From an uncultured Actinomycetota bacterium (GTDB taxonomy: Bacteria > Actinomycetota > Actinomycetes > Mycobacteriales > Mycobacteriaceae): 64,000 bases of DNA. The stretch is taken from NCBI GenBank assembly GCA_963796825.1, contig CAWCNE010000002.1, positions 532,869 to 596,868 of the forward strand, given 5' to 3'. Below, piece after piece: positions 1 through 11,784 of this stretch (positions are counted from its first letter, which is position 1; the number at the start of each line of letters is the position of its first letter). The notes under the pieces were generated by a model. The model was not told the DNA's origin. It was given only the letters and a program-made list of their open reading frames with translations, and made no database searches. The position numbers and the translations under genes were made by a program.

Positions 1-1594
1 GCTCTGAAATCGATGCTCGACCCGAAGAGCGACACGTACACCGCAGCGGCCTCGGCCGCGGAATCCCGGCTCGAGGAGATCGACGCCGAACTGGCCAAGG
101 CGCTCGGCGGTGGCGGCGCGAAATACGTTGAGCGCCATCACGACCGCGGCAAGCTGACCGCCCGGGAGCGCATCGAGCTGCTGGTCGACGCGGACTCGCC
201 GTTCCTGGAGCTGTGCCCGCTGGCGGCCTACGGCAGCGCCTTCCAGGTCGGCGCCAGCACTGGTCACCGGCATCGGCGTCGGTCAACGGCGTGGAATGCA
301 TGATCGTCGCCAATGACCCGACGGTCAAGGGCGGCACCAGCAACCCGTGGACGCTGCGGAAAGATACTGCGGGCCAACCAGATCGCCTTGCAGAACCGGC
401 TGCCGGTGATCTCGCTGGTGGAATCCGGCGGCGCGGACCTGCCCACCCAGAAGGAGATCTTCGTTCCCGGCGGGCAGATGTTCCGCGACCTGACCCGGCT
501 GTCGGCGGCCGGGATCCCCACCATCGCGCTGGTGTTCGGCAACTCGACCGCGGGCGGCGCCTACATGCCCGGGCATGTCCGATCACGTGGTGATGATCAA
601 GGAACGCTCGAAGGTGTTCCTGGCCGGTCCCCCGCTGGTGAAGATGGCCACCGGTGAGGAGTCCGACGACGAGTCGCTCGGCGGCGCCGAAATGCATGCC
701 CGGATATCGGGTTTGGCCGACTACTTCGCCGCCGACGAACTGGACGCGATCCGGATCGGGCGTCGCATCGTCGCGCGGCTCAACTGGATCAAGCAGGGCC
801 CGACGCCCGCGCCGGTGATCGACCCGCTGTTCGACGCCGAGGAGCTGATCGGCATCGTGCCGGCGGATCTGCGGATCCCGTTCGACCCGCGGGAGGTGAT
901 CGCGCGCATCGTGGACGGCTCCGAATTCGACGAGTTCAAGGCCATGTACGGCTCGTCGCTGGTCACCGGCTGGGCCCGGCTGCACGGCTATCCGCTGGGC
1001 ATTCTGGCCAACGCCCGCGGCGTGCTGTTCAGCGAGGAGTCCCAGAAGGCCACCCAGTTCATCCAGTTGGCGAACCGATCCAACACGCCACTGTTGTTCC
1101 TGCACAACACGACTGGTTACATGGTCGGCAAGGACTACGAGGAAGGCGGCATGATCAAGCACGGCTCGATGATGATCAACGCCGTCTCGAACTCGACAGT
1201 CCCGCATATCTCGCTGCTGATCGGCGCGTCCTACGGCGCCGGCCACTACGGCATGTGCGGCCGGGCCTACGACCCGCGGTTCCTGTTCGCCTGGCCCAGC
1301 GCCAAATCCGCGGTGATGGGCGGTGCTCAACTGGCCGGCGTGCTGTCCATCGTCAGCCGGGCCGCCGCCGAGGCCCGCGGGCAGCAGATCGACGAAGAGG
1401 CCGACGCGGCGATGCGAGCCGCCGTCGAAGGCCAGATCGAGGCCGAGTCGCTGCCGATGGTGATGTCCGGGATGCTCTACGACGACGGGGTGATCGACCC
1501 CCGCGACACCCGCGCCGTGTTGGGAATGTGTTTGTCCGCCATCGCCAATGGCCCGATCAAGGGGACGTCGAGCTTCGGCGTCTTCCGGATGTGA
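1..1594 (+). CDS. accD2: Acyl-CoA carboxylase carboxyltransferase (beta) subunit, Rv0974c-like; possibly 5'-truncated, ~3 apparent frameshifts
   Basis: ORFs 13-303, 213-593, 313-657 and 575-1594 join into [13 protein letters not shown]...[10 protein letters not shown]...[10 protein letters not shown]...GVIDPRDTR...FGVFRM. Confidence 0.93.
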
Positions 1595-1599
1595 CGCTC

Positions 1600-3595
1600 A
1601 TGGGAATCACTCGAGTTCTGGTGGCCAATCGCGGCGAGATCGCGCGACGGGTGTTCGCGACCTGCCGCAATCTCGGCCTGGGCACGGTCGCGGTCTACAC
1701 CGACCCGGACGCCAACGCCCCACACGTGGCCGAGGCGGACGCCCGGGTGCGGCTGCCGCAGACAAACGATTATCTGAACGCCGAGGCGATCATCGCGGCG
1801 GCCCGCGCGGCCGGCGCCGACGCGGTACACCCGGGCTACGGATTCCTCTCGGAGAACGCCGATTTCGCCGCTGCGGTACAAGCTGCCGGGCTGGTCTGGA
1901 TCGGCCCGCCGGTGGACGCGGTGCGCGCCATGGGCTCCAAGATCGAGTCCAAGAAGATGATGGCCGCGGCCGGGGTTCCGGTGCTCGAGGAACTCGACCC
2001 CGACACCGTCACCGCCGCCCAGTTGCCGGTGCTGGTGAAGGCATCCTCCGGCGGCGGCGGGCGCGGCATGCGGGTGGTCGACCAATTGGACGCGCTACCA
2101 GGCGAAGTCGCCGCGGCTCAGCGCGAGGCCCAGTCCGCGTTCGGTGACCCGACGGTGTTCTGTGAGCGTTACCTGCCCACCGGCCACCATGTCGAGGTGC
2201 AGGTGATGGCCGACGCGCACGGCACGGTGTGGGCGGTCGGCGAGCGGGAGTGCTCAATCCAGCGCCGCCACCAGAAGATCATCGAAGAAGCACCGTCGCC
2301 CTTGGTCGAGCGGATCCCGGGGATGCGGGCCAGGCTGTTCGAGGCCGCCCGGCTGGCGGCCGAGCGCGATCGCCTACACCGGGGCCGGGACGGTGGAGTT
2401 CCTCGCCGACGACGACGGCGAGTTCTTCTTCCTGGAGATGAACACCCGCTTGCAGGTCGAGCACCCGGTCACCGAGGAGACCACCGGCCTCGATCTGGTC
2501 GAGCTGCAGATCGCGGTCGCCGACGGCGGACACCTGGGCGCCGAACCGCCCGCGGCGCACGGTTCGTCGATCGAGGCCCGGTTGTACGCCGAAGACCCCG
2601 CGCAGAACTGGCAGCCCCAGGCCGGCCCGGTGCATCGCATCGATATTCCCTCGGCCCGAACCGAATTCACCACGCTCGGAGCGCGCACCGGAATCCGGCT
2701 GGACTCTGGAATCGTCGACGGGTCGGTGGTGTCGATCCACTACGACCCGATGCTGGCCAAGGTGATCTCCTACGCCCCGACCAGGCGTCAGGCGGCTCTG
2801 GTGCTGGCCGACGCGTTGGCGCGGGCACAGCTGCACGGTCTGCGCACCAACCGCGACCTGTTGGTGAACGTGCTGCGGCATCAGGCATTCCTCGACGGCG
2901 CCACCGACACCGCGTTCTTCGACACGCACGACTTGGCGAAGCTTGCCGCGCCGCTGGCCGACGACGCCGTCGTGCGACTGTCAGCGGTCGCGGCGGCACT
3001 GGCCGACGCGGCAGACAACCGCGCCAGCGCCATCGTGCTGGGCTCACTGCCCAGCGGTTGGCGCAACCTGGCGTCGGGCTATCAGGTCAAGACCTACGTC
3101 GACGACGCCGGCGAAGAGCATCGCATCGAATACCGTTTCAGCCGAACCGGTTTGGTGCTGCCCACCGACGAAGCGGTCCACCTGGTGTCGGCATCGGCGG
3201 ATGAGGTCGTGCTTGCCGACGACAACGGCGTGGCGCGCCGTTTCGCCGTCGCCCGCCACGATCAGGACGTCTATGTCGACTCCGCTCAGGGGCCGGTGCA
3301 CCTGGTCGCGCTGCCGCGTTTCCCCGAACCTGGTTCGGCCGTCGAGAAGGGCTCGCTGGTTGCGCCCATGCCCGGCAACGTAATCCGGCTCGGCGCGGCG
3401 GTCGGCGACACGGTCACCGCCGGTCAGCCGCTGATCTGGTTGGAGGCGATGAAGATGGAGCACACCATCACCGCGCCGGCCGACGGCGTGCTCGCCGAAC
3501 TCAATGTCGACACCGGCCAACAGGTCGAAGTCGGCGCCGTCCTGGCGCGAGTGGACGCGCCCCACGATCCCGAAGCAGAAGGAGAACAACCATGA
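1600..3595 (+). CDS. accA2: Biotin carboxylase/biotin carboxyl carrier (alpha) subunit, Rv0973c-like; frameshift near 2365
   Basis: LVANRGEIA, HPGYGFLSEN, RECSIQRRHQK, FLEMNTRLQVEHPVTE and the biotinylation motif EAMKM. Confidence 0.93.
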
Positions 3596-4760
3596 CCGAC
3601 AACAGCTTTATCGAGAACGAAGACCGCAAGGCATTGCGCAAGTCAGTGTCCGAGTGGGCGTCCAAATTCGGCAGCGAGTACTACCTGAAGAAGGCCCGCG
3701 CACAGGAGCACACCGACGAACTGTGGTCCGAGGCAGGCAAACTCGGCTTCCTCGGGCGTCAACCTGCCCGAGGAGTACGGCGGCGGTGGCGCGGGAATGT
3801 ACGAGCTGTCGCTGGTGATGGAGGAGATGGCGGCCGCCGGCAGTGCGCTGCTGCTGATGGTGGTGTCGCCGGCCATCAACGGCACGATCATCTCCAAGTT
3901 CGGCACCGAGGAGCAGAAGAAGCGCTGGATCCCCGGGATCGCCGACGGAAGCATCACGATGGCGTTCGCGATCACCGAACCCGACGCCGGATCCAACTCG
4001 CACAAGATCACCACCACGGCCCGCCGCGACGGCAGCGACTGGATCCTCAAGGGGCAGAAGGTCTACATCTCCGGCGTCGATCAGGCTCAGGCGGTGCTGG
4101 TGGTCGCGCGCTCCGAGGAAGCCAAGACCGGCAAGCTGCGGCCCGGCGCTGTTCGTCGTGCCCACCGACACACCCGGCTTCACCTACACCCCGATCGACA
4201 TGGAGATCATCAGCCCCGAACGGCAGTTCCAGGTGTTCATCGACGACGTGCGGCTGCCCGGCGACGCGCTCGTAGGCGCCGAGGACGCCGCAATCGCACA
4301 GCTTTTCGCGGGACTGAACCCTGAGCGCATCATGGGCGCGGCCAGCAGCGTCGGGATGGGCCGGTACGCGCTGGACCGGGCCGCCGACTACGTCAAGACC
4401 CGTCAGGTGTGGGGGACGCCGATCGGTGCGCACCAGGGGCTGTCACATCCGTTGGCGCAGTGCCACATCGAGGTCGAGCTGGCCAAGCTGATGATGCAGA
4501 AGGCCGCGACGCTCTACGACAACGGCGACGACGGTGGCGCGGCCACGGCCGCCAACATGGCCAAATACGCTGCGGCCGAGGCAGCTACGCGCTCGGTCGA
4601 TCAGGCCGTGCAGTCGATGGGTGGCAACGGGCTGACCAAGGAGTACGGCGTCGCGGCGATGATGGCCTCGGCCAGGCTCGGCCGGATCGCGCCGGTCAGC
4701 CGGGAGATGGTGCTCAACTTCGTCGCGCAGACATCGCTCGGCCTGCCCCGAAGCTACTGA
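3592..4760 (+). CDS. fadE12: Acyl-CoA dehydrogenase, Rv0972c-like; frameshifts near 3752 and 4145
   Basis: FAITEPDAGSN, LKGQKVYISG, AVQSMGGNG; operon position after accA2. Confidence 0.88.
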
Positions 4761-5548
4761 TGGACACCCTCGTCGAATACACCGTCAACGAGCATGTCGC
4801 GCGTCTGACGCTGAATTCGCCGCACAACCGCAACGCGCTGTCGAACGCGTTGGTCAGCCAACTGCATCAAGGCTTGCGCGATGCGGCGGCAGATCCCGCG
4901 GTGCGGGTCGTCGTCCTCGGCCACACCGGCAACACCTTCTGCGCGGGCGCCGACCTGTCCGCAGGGCGGCGGAGCCGGCGAGCAGCGGATCCCGCCGAGG
5001 CGACCGCCCAGCGGTCGAGGGAAATGGCGGCGCTGCTGCGCGCCATCGTCGAAGCGCCGCTGCCGGTGATCGCGGCGGTCGACGGGCATGTGCGCGCCGG
5101 CGGGATGGGGCTGGTGGCCGCCGCCGACATCGCCGTCGCCGGGCCGCGCAGCACCTTCGCGTTGACCGAGGCCCGGATCGGCGTCGCGCCGGCGATCATC
5201 TCGCTGACGCTGTTGCCGAAGCTGTCCGCCCGCGCGGCCGCGCGGTACTACCTGACCGGTGAGACGTTCGACGCCGCGACCGCCGCGACGATCGGGCTGA
5301 TCACGGTGGCCGCCGACGACGTCGACGCCGCGCTGGCGTCCCTGGTCGCCGACATCGGCCGCGGCTCGCCGCAGGGTCTGGCGGCATCCAAAGCGCTGAC
5401 CACCGCCGCCGTGCTGGCCGGATTCGACCGCGACGCCGAGCGACTCGCGGCGGAGTCGGCGCGGCTGTTCGTCTCCGACGAAGCCCGCGAGGGCATGCTG
5501 GCGTTCCTGCAGAAGCGCCCGCCGCGCTGGGCCACGGCCGACTCCTGA
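4760..5548 (+). CDS. echA7: Enoyl-CoA hydratase family protein, Rv0971c-like
   Basis: LTLNSPHNRNALS, FCAGADL, FALTEARIG; TGATG overlap with fadE12. Confidence 0.88.
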   Translation: MDTLVEYTVNEHVARLTLNSPHNRNALSNALVSQLHQGLRDAAADPAVRVVVLGHTGNTFCAGADLSAGRRSRRAADPAEATAQRSREMAALLRAIVEAPLPVIAAVDGHVRAGGMGLVAAADIAVAGPRSTFALTEARIGVAPAIISLTLLPKLSARAAARYYLTGETFDAATAATIGLITVAADDVDAALASLVADIGRGSPQGLAASKALTTAAVLAGFDRDAERLAAESARLFVSDEAREGMLAFLQKRPPRWATADS

Positions 5549-5591
5549 CCCCGCCACCACACCGCCCAGGTTCCTCCGCTAAGCAAGACGG

Positions 5592-6969
5592 GTGAACAAA
5601 GCGGGCGACGACTGGCGAAATTGGCTGCGCAGCTTGCTCACCGGCTGGCAGCGGCCGACCACGCACCCCGTCGACACCCGCGGCGAGGGTCCCGAGAGCC
5701 TGATCGGCTTCGTGGTGGCCGCCGCGTTAGTGGGCGTGCTCACCGGCATCAGCGCGGCCACCTTTCGGCTCCTCCTCGACCGTGCGGCGCAGCTACGTAC
5801 CGGCCTGGCCGGCTGGGCGCATGGTTCCTGGTGGGGGGTGATCGTCGTCGTTCTGGTCTGCACCATTGCTACGACCATCGCTGCCGCCCTGGTACACCGG
5901 ATCGAACCACACGCCGAGGGGAGCGGGATTCCTCGTGTCGAAGCGGTCACCGAGGGCCGCGTCAAGCCAGACCGGTTCCGGATTTTGCCGGTCAAATACG
6001 TCGGTGGTTTGCTGGCGATTGGCAGTGGCCTGGCCCTGGGCCGCGAGGGCCCGTCGGTCCAGATGGGCGGTACCGCGGCCGTCATCGTCGCCACGCTCAC
6101 CCGACGCAACATCACCGACCTGCGCGTCCTGGTCGCCGGCGGTGCCGCGGCCGGGCTCGCGACCGCGTTCAACGCACCCATCGCAGGTGGCGTGTTCGTC
6201 CTCGAAGAGCTCGTCAAACGCTTCGACCCACGCACCACGGTCGCAACGCTGGTGGCGTCCGCGTCGGGCTTCGCCGCGGCTCACCTCCTGGTGGAATCGA
6301 AGACCGAGTTCAAGATGGCCGCGCTGACCGGGCCGCGGCTCCCCGAGGCCGGTTGGGTGTTAGCCATTGGAGTCGTCACCGGTGTGCTGGGCGTGCTCTA
6401 CAACAAGGCGGTGATGTTCGCGCTCCGTCGCGCCGACGCCAGCCGTTGGCCCAGGGAAGTCCGCGCCGCTGTGACCGGGGCACTGGTCGGGCTGCTCGTG
6501 TGGGCCGCGCCAGAGTTGGTGGGCGGCGGGGACGAACCTCACCCAAAGTGCGCTCCTCGGCCACGGTGCGCTGGCCGCCGTGACCGGCGTGCTCATCCTC
6601 CGGTTCGTGCTGGGCGTCGTCTCCTACGCTGCCGCCACGCCTGGGGGCCTGTTCGCGCCCATGCTGGTCCTCGGCGCGCACGCCGGCCTGATCATCGGGT
6701 TCATCGCCAAGCAGACGTCGCCGCATACCGCGCCCGACCTCGCCGCGTGCGCTCTCATCGGGATGGCGGCCTTCTTCGCCGCGACGGTGCACGCACCGGT
6801 CACCGGCCTGATCCTCGCGACCGAGATGACGGGCGACGCCAGCCAACTACCCCCGATGCTCGGTGCCTGCGCGGTCGCGATGCTCGTCGCCCTCGCCCTG
6901 GGGTCTGAATCCATCTACGACCAACTCACCGACCGCGCGGCGAGGAATGCCGACCCTGACCACACCTGA
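5592..6969 (+). CDS. ClC family H+/Cl- antiporter; frameshift near 6535, start uncertain
   Basis: ClC signatures GSGIP, GREGP, GLATAFNAPIAG, FVLEE, GGLFAP. Confidence 0.9.
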
Positions 6970-7045
6970 GCGAAGTCTGAGGGTGGCGCAACAGTTTAGC
7001 GAAGATCCCTTGCAGCAGAATTTGTTCGACGTAGGCTCGTCAGTA

Positions 7046-7648
7046 ATGAGCAAGTCAGCGCAACGCGGGGCGCGCGACCGGCCGGACGCTGGGACGCGTG
7101 CGGCCGAGACGGACCGCATCCAAGTGGCTCAACTGCTCACCGACGCCGCCGCCCAGGGTCGACTCCAGATGAGCGACTACGAGGAGCGGCTCACCAAGGC
7201 ATACGCTGCGAAAACCTACGACGAACTCGATCAGTTGCGCTCGGACCTGATCGGCTCTTCGGTGAATTCCCAGCGCGGTGGTGCGACCAAGCCCGCGCCG
7301 TCGATGCTGCTGCTGGCCATCATGAGCGCGTTCGAGCGCCGCGGCCGATGGAACGTTCCCAAGAAGCTGACGACGTTCGCGCTGTGGGGCGGCGGCGTCA
7401 TCGACCTGCGGTACGCCGACTTCACCTCGACGGAGGTCGAGATCAACGCCACCTCGATCATGGGCGGGCAGACCATCCTGCTGCCGCCCGAAGTCAACGT
7501 CGAGATCAAGGGCCACGGTGTGATGGGCGGGTTCGACCACAACGTCGACGGCGAAGGTACGCCGGGTGCGCCGACCGTGCGGATCCGCGGCTTCTCGCTG
7601 TGGGGCGGCGTCGGCGTCCGCCGCAAGAACCGCAAATCCCAGAGCTAG
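7046..7648 (+). CDS. DUF1707 (SHOCT-like) domain protein, Rv0966c-like
   Basis: RAAETDR...AAQGRL..DYEERL.KAYAA N-terminus; C-terminal WGGGVIDLR...IRGFSLWGGVGV. Confidence 0.8.
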   Translation: MSKSAQRGARDRPDAGTRAAETDRIQVAQLLTDAAAQGRLQMSDYEERLTKAYAAKTYDELDQLRSDLIGSSVNSQRGGATKPAPSMLLLAIMSAFERRGRWNVPKKLTTFALWGGGVIDLRYADFTSTEVEINATSIMGGQTILLPPEVNVEIKGHGVMGGFDHNVDGEGTPGAPTVRIRGFSLWGGVGVRRKNRKSQS

Positions 7649-7657
7649 GTCGCGGCG

Positions 7658-9641
7658 CTAACGCCGGCGGCGGGCGCGCAGGTAGTCGCCGACCACCGCC
7701 GCGCCCAGGCCATCGAGATCGGGATCGACGACCCGGCCCTCGACCCGGCGCGCAACCTGATCGATGAACCGGGCCAGCCCGGGATCGCTGCCCAGCCGGA
7801 AGATGGTCACCTGCGCGCCCAGCCGCGCCATCTCGTCGAAGCCGCGGACGGTGTTGGCGATGGTCCGGGGATGCGGCGGGTAGTCGAAGAACACCGAAGA
7901 ACCCCGCCCATCGCCGTAGTCCTCCAGGTGCGCGGTCGGCTCACCGTCGGTGACCACCAGTAGCACGGGTTGCGCGTTGGGATGCCGACGCAGGTGGCGA
8001 CCGGCCAGCGCCAGCGCGTGATGCAGGTTGGTGCCCTGCTCGTAGACGCCTTCCAGGCCCATCAGCTCCGCGCTGGTCATGGTGCGGGCGTAGCGGCCGA
8101 ACGCGATGATCTGCAACGCATCTGAGCGAAATCGGGTGCGCACCAGATGGTCGAGTGCGAGCGCGGTCTGCTTCATCGGCAACCAGCGGTTCTCCATCAC
8201 CATCGAGAACGAGGTGTCCACCAGCAGCGCCACCGCGGCCTGGGTACGGGTCTCGGTCTCGGACACCTCGACGTCGTCGACGGTGACCCGGATCGCGGAG
8301 TCCTCTCTGTCCCTTACAGTTCCGGCCTGTCGCAGCACGGCGTTGGTCAGCGTCCGGGTGACGTTCCACGGCTCGGTGTCGCCGAACTGCCAGGGCCGGG
8401 TGGCGCCGGTCAGCTCACCCGCGGCCCCGGCCCGCCGCAATTCGCGCTCGCCGTGTCGGCTGGAAAGCTGTTGTGCCACATCACGTAACGCTGTCTCTCC
8501 GAGACGTCGCATCGCCTTCGGCGAGAGCCGCCACTGGCCGTCCGAGTTGCGGTCCAGGAAGCCCTGATTGACCAGTGCGCGTTCGAGCTCGGCCAGCGTC
8601 TGGGCGTCGATGGCGGCCTGGTCGCCGAGCTGGCGGGCCAGCGCGTCGAGGTCGACGTCGTCCATCGTCGCGCCCGGATAGCTCTGCGACAGCTGCTCGG
8701 CGAGCTGCTCCAACTCGGCGATGTCGGAAAGCGCCTGCGCGCCCTCACCCATGCCGAGCGGGTTGTCGCCGCTGAACTCCGACGAGCCGTCCCAGTCTTC
8801 GCCGGGCCGGGCCGCCTGCAGGTGGCCGTCGAGCTGACCCAGCGCCTGCATCAACGTCCGGCGATCCGAATGCCTGCTGCGCCAACGCATCCAGCTCGGC
8901 GCGCTGGTCCGCGCTCAGGCTGTTGCGAAACCGCTGCGCGGCGGCGGCCCGCTTGGCCAGCGAGTCCAGCAACTCCTCGACGTTTTGCGGGTTCTCCGGG
9001 AAGAACTCGCCGTGCTTGTCCATGAAGTCCTGGAAATCCTGCGCAGAGTCTTCGCCGCGGGCGTGCTTGTCCAGCAAGTCGTTGAGGTCGTTGACCATGT
9101 CGGTGACCCGCTGACGGTCCTCGTCGGTGGCCCCTTCCAGCGCCTCCTTCATGCCGGCGAAGCGCTGGTCGAGCATCTCGCGGCCGAGCAGATCCTTGAT
9201 CTGGTCGTACTTTTGACGCGCCTCATCGCTCCGCCAGCCGTATTCCGAGAGCTCCTGCACGGCCTTGGCCGGCGACGGCGAGAGCGAATCCAGTTGCAGT
9301 TCACCGAACCGTGCGTCGTCATCCAGCGCGCGGGCCAGTTCTTTGCGCTCGGCCAGCACCGCCTCGTCCAGCAGTTTTTTGATCTCCTGCAGCGTGCCGT
9401 CCAAGTTGTTCTCGCGCAGCAGCTCTCGGCGCCGGCGGTTGGCTTCGGCGGCCAGCCGGTCGGCCCCGGTCGTGCTCTTGGTGCCGCGGCGCAGCAACTC
9501 CGACAGCGCCCGGCGCGGCGACGTGCCCGCCATGACGTCCTGCCCGATCTGTTCGAGCGCCTCACGCAGATCCACCGGCGGGGCCAGTGGATCAGGCCCG
9601 CCGGTGTACGCCGAATACCGGGACGAGTGACTTCTAGCCAT
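7658..9641 (-). CDS. vWA domain protein, Rv0959-like; frameshift near 8860
   Basis: MIDAS motif DTSFS, GTNLHHAL, VTDGEPTAH; start overlaps the AAA+ gene stop. Confidence 0.87.
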
Positions 9642-11025
9642 AGACGGTTTCGCCTTCCCCGGACGCCTTATCGATGCGCTTGGCCAAATACAGTGCCTCC
9701 AAGGCCAATTCGAGAGCCGCCGCACGCTCACCCTCGGACTCGGCGCCGAGCCGCGTGGCGATCGCGTCGATGACCGGCAGATCCGGCAGCGCCGCCAGCA
9801 CATCCTTGGCCGAGACCCGCTCGCCGGTCGTCACTGCCGAACCGCCCTCGACCGCGGAGACCAGCGGGCCGACGTCGATACCGCCGAGCGCTCGCGAAGC
9901 GGTGTCGGCGGTGGCGCGGCGCAGCAGGTGCTCCAGCACCGCCTGCTCGCGACCCTCCTCGCCGGACTCGAACTCGAGCTTGCCCCGCAGCACGTCGATC
10001 ACCGTGCTCAAGTCGACGACGCGGGCCACCGGATCGGTCTCTCCCAGCACCGCGCCGCGATGCCGCGCAGAAGCCGCGACGGTTTCGGCAGCGGCGATCG
10101 CGAACCGCGCCGAGACGCCGGATCGCTGATCGACCGAGTTGGACTCGCGCAGGTTGCGCGCGAACCGGGCGATCACCTGGGTCAGGTACTCCGGCACCTG
10201 GGCGCTCAGGTGCGCCTCCTGGTTGATCACGGCAACCTCGGCGTCGAGTTCGAGCGGATAGTGCGTGCGGATCTCGGCGCCGAACCGGTCCTTGAGCGGG
10301 GTGATGATGCGGCCACGGTTGGTGTAGTCCTCGGGGTTGGCGCTGGCGACGACAAGTACGTCAAGCGGCAACCTGAGCGTGTAGCCGCGGACCTGGATGT
10401 CGCGCTCCTCCATCACGTTGAGCATCGACACCTGGATGCGCTCGGCCAGGTCGGGCAGCTCGTTGACGGCGACGATTCCGCGATGCGCCCGCGGGATCAG
10501 GCCGTAGGCGATGGTCTCCGGGTCGCCCAGGCTGCGGCCTTCGGCGACCTTGATCGGGTCGATGTCGCCGACCAGGTCGGCGACGCTGGTGTCGGGGGTG
10601 GCCAGCTTCTCGGTATAGCGCTCGCTGCGGTGCCGCCACTCCACCGGTAGGTCGTCGCCGAGCGTGGCGGCCTTGCGGATCGACTCCGGGGTGATCGGGC
10701 TGTACGGGTGCTCGCCGAGTTCGGCGCCGGCGATCACCGGCGTCCACTCGTCCAGCAGGCCGGTCAGTGCGCGCAGCAGGCGGGTCTTGCCCTGGCCGCG
10801 TTCACCCAGCAACACGAAGTCGTGGCCGGCGATCAATGCCCGCTCGAGCTGCGGCAACACGGTGTCTTCAAAGCCCAGAATGCCCGGCCAGATCTCAGGA
10901 GCGTCCGGTCCCAAAGAGAGAGCAGTCAGCAGGTTTTCCCGGATTTCTTGCTTGACGCCTCGTTCACGGTGCCCGGCGGCACGTAGTTCGCCAACGGTGC
11001 GGGGCAGATTATTCGCAGCGGTCAC
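9634..11025 (-). CDS. AAA+ ATPase, magnesium chelatase/MoxR-like, Rv0958-like
   Basis: Walker A GERGQGKT, variant Walker B IVAVNE, SANPEDY, LKDRF; TAACGT -10 box 6 nt before GTG 11025 suggests a leaderless start. Confidence 0.88.
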   Translation of the reverse strand: MTAANNLPRTVGELRAAGHRERGVKQEIRENLLTALSLGPDAPEIWPGILGFEDTVLPQLERALIAGHDFVLLGERGQGKTRLLRALTGLLDEWTPVIAGAELGEHPYSPITPESIRKAATLGDDLPVEWRHRSERYTEKLATPDTSVADLVGDIDPIKVAEGRSLGDPETIAYGLIPRAHRGIVAVNELPDLAERIQVSMLNVMEERDIQVRGYTLRLPLDVLVVASANPEDYTNRGRIITPLKDRFGAEIRTHYPLELDAEVAVINQEAHLSAQVPEYLTQVIARFARNLRESNSVDQRSGVSARFAIAAAETVAASARHRGAVLGETDPVARVVDLSTVIDVLRGKLEFESGEEGREQAVLEHLLRRATADTASRALGGIDVGPLVSAVEGGSAVTTGERVSAKDVLAALPDLPVIDAIATRLGAESEGERAAALELALEALYLAKRIDKASGEGETVYG

Positions 11026-11040
11026 CACATCACGTTACTG

Positions 11041-11082
11041 ACAAAACGAAAGGCCGGGCAATCGTGATGATTGCCCGGCCTT
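11041..11082 (-). terminator. Intrinsic terminator of the LGFP lipoprotein gene
   Basis: Perfect 14-bp stem AAGGCCGGGCAATC/GATTGCCCGGCCTT followed on the minus strand by TCGTTTTGT. Confidence 0.8.
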
Positions 11083-11105
11083 CCGAGGTGAAATGCGAGG
11101 TGCGA

Positions 11106-11668
11106 CTAGCTGGTGGTGACGGTGGCCTTCTCGTCGCCTTCTTTCCAGGTGATCGTGCCGTGCTCGAACGTCGACTTGTAGGAGCCGTCGGGCTCCTTCG
11201 TCTCGTCGGCGGTCGGGTAGCCCAGCTTGCCCTGCGAGGCCTGGACGTCGTTCCACGCGTCGCGGATCTTGCCCCAGACCAAGTAGACGGGTCCGCCGTT
11301 CTTGTAGATCAGGACGCCGCCGTCGTACTGCTGGTAGACACCGGTGTTGTCCAAGGTGTTCTTCTGGTTGTCGTAGGGAGCGCCGAGGTCTTTCTTCTGC
11401 TCGTCGTTGAGGGTCTCCCACTTGGCCAGGATCGGTCCCTCAACGGTGTACTCCGTGCCGTTCTTGCCGGGAATTTGCGTCGAGCTGGGTGCCGCCGCGG
11501 CACTCGTTGTCGGTTCCATGGCAGCCGATGACGTCATCGCCGACGACGACATCGCCGAGCTCGAAGACGAGCTGGACTTGTTGTCGCCTGGTGGCAACCT
11601 GCTCCGACTAACGCGAACACCGCAATGGCGACAGAGAACGACGCTGTTCTTTTTGTTACCGCGCGCAT
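11106..11668 (-). CDS. LGFP-repeat lipoprotein; frameshift near 11590
   Basis: Signal peptide MRAVTKRTASFSVAIAVFALVGAGC (lipobox-like), Ser/Ala linker, then LGAP...QQYDGG and LGYPTADE...FEHGTITW repeats. Confidence 0.75.
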
Positions 11669-11784
11669 TATTTCCTCTCGATACTTCCGAATCGCACAAG
11701 ACTCGTCCCGGTGACGGGTCCCAATTTTGGACTCTAGGCCGAACCGATCTTGTCCGGAAGGGGCTTTAGACCCCCGGTCAGCAC

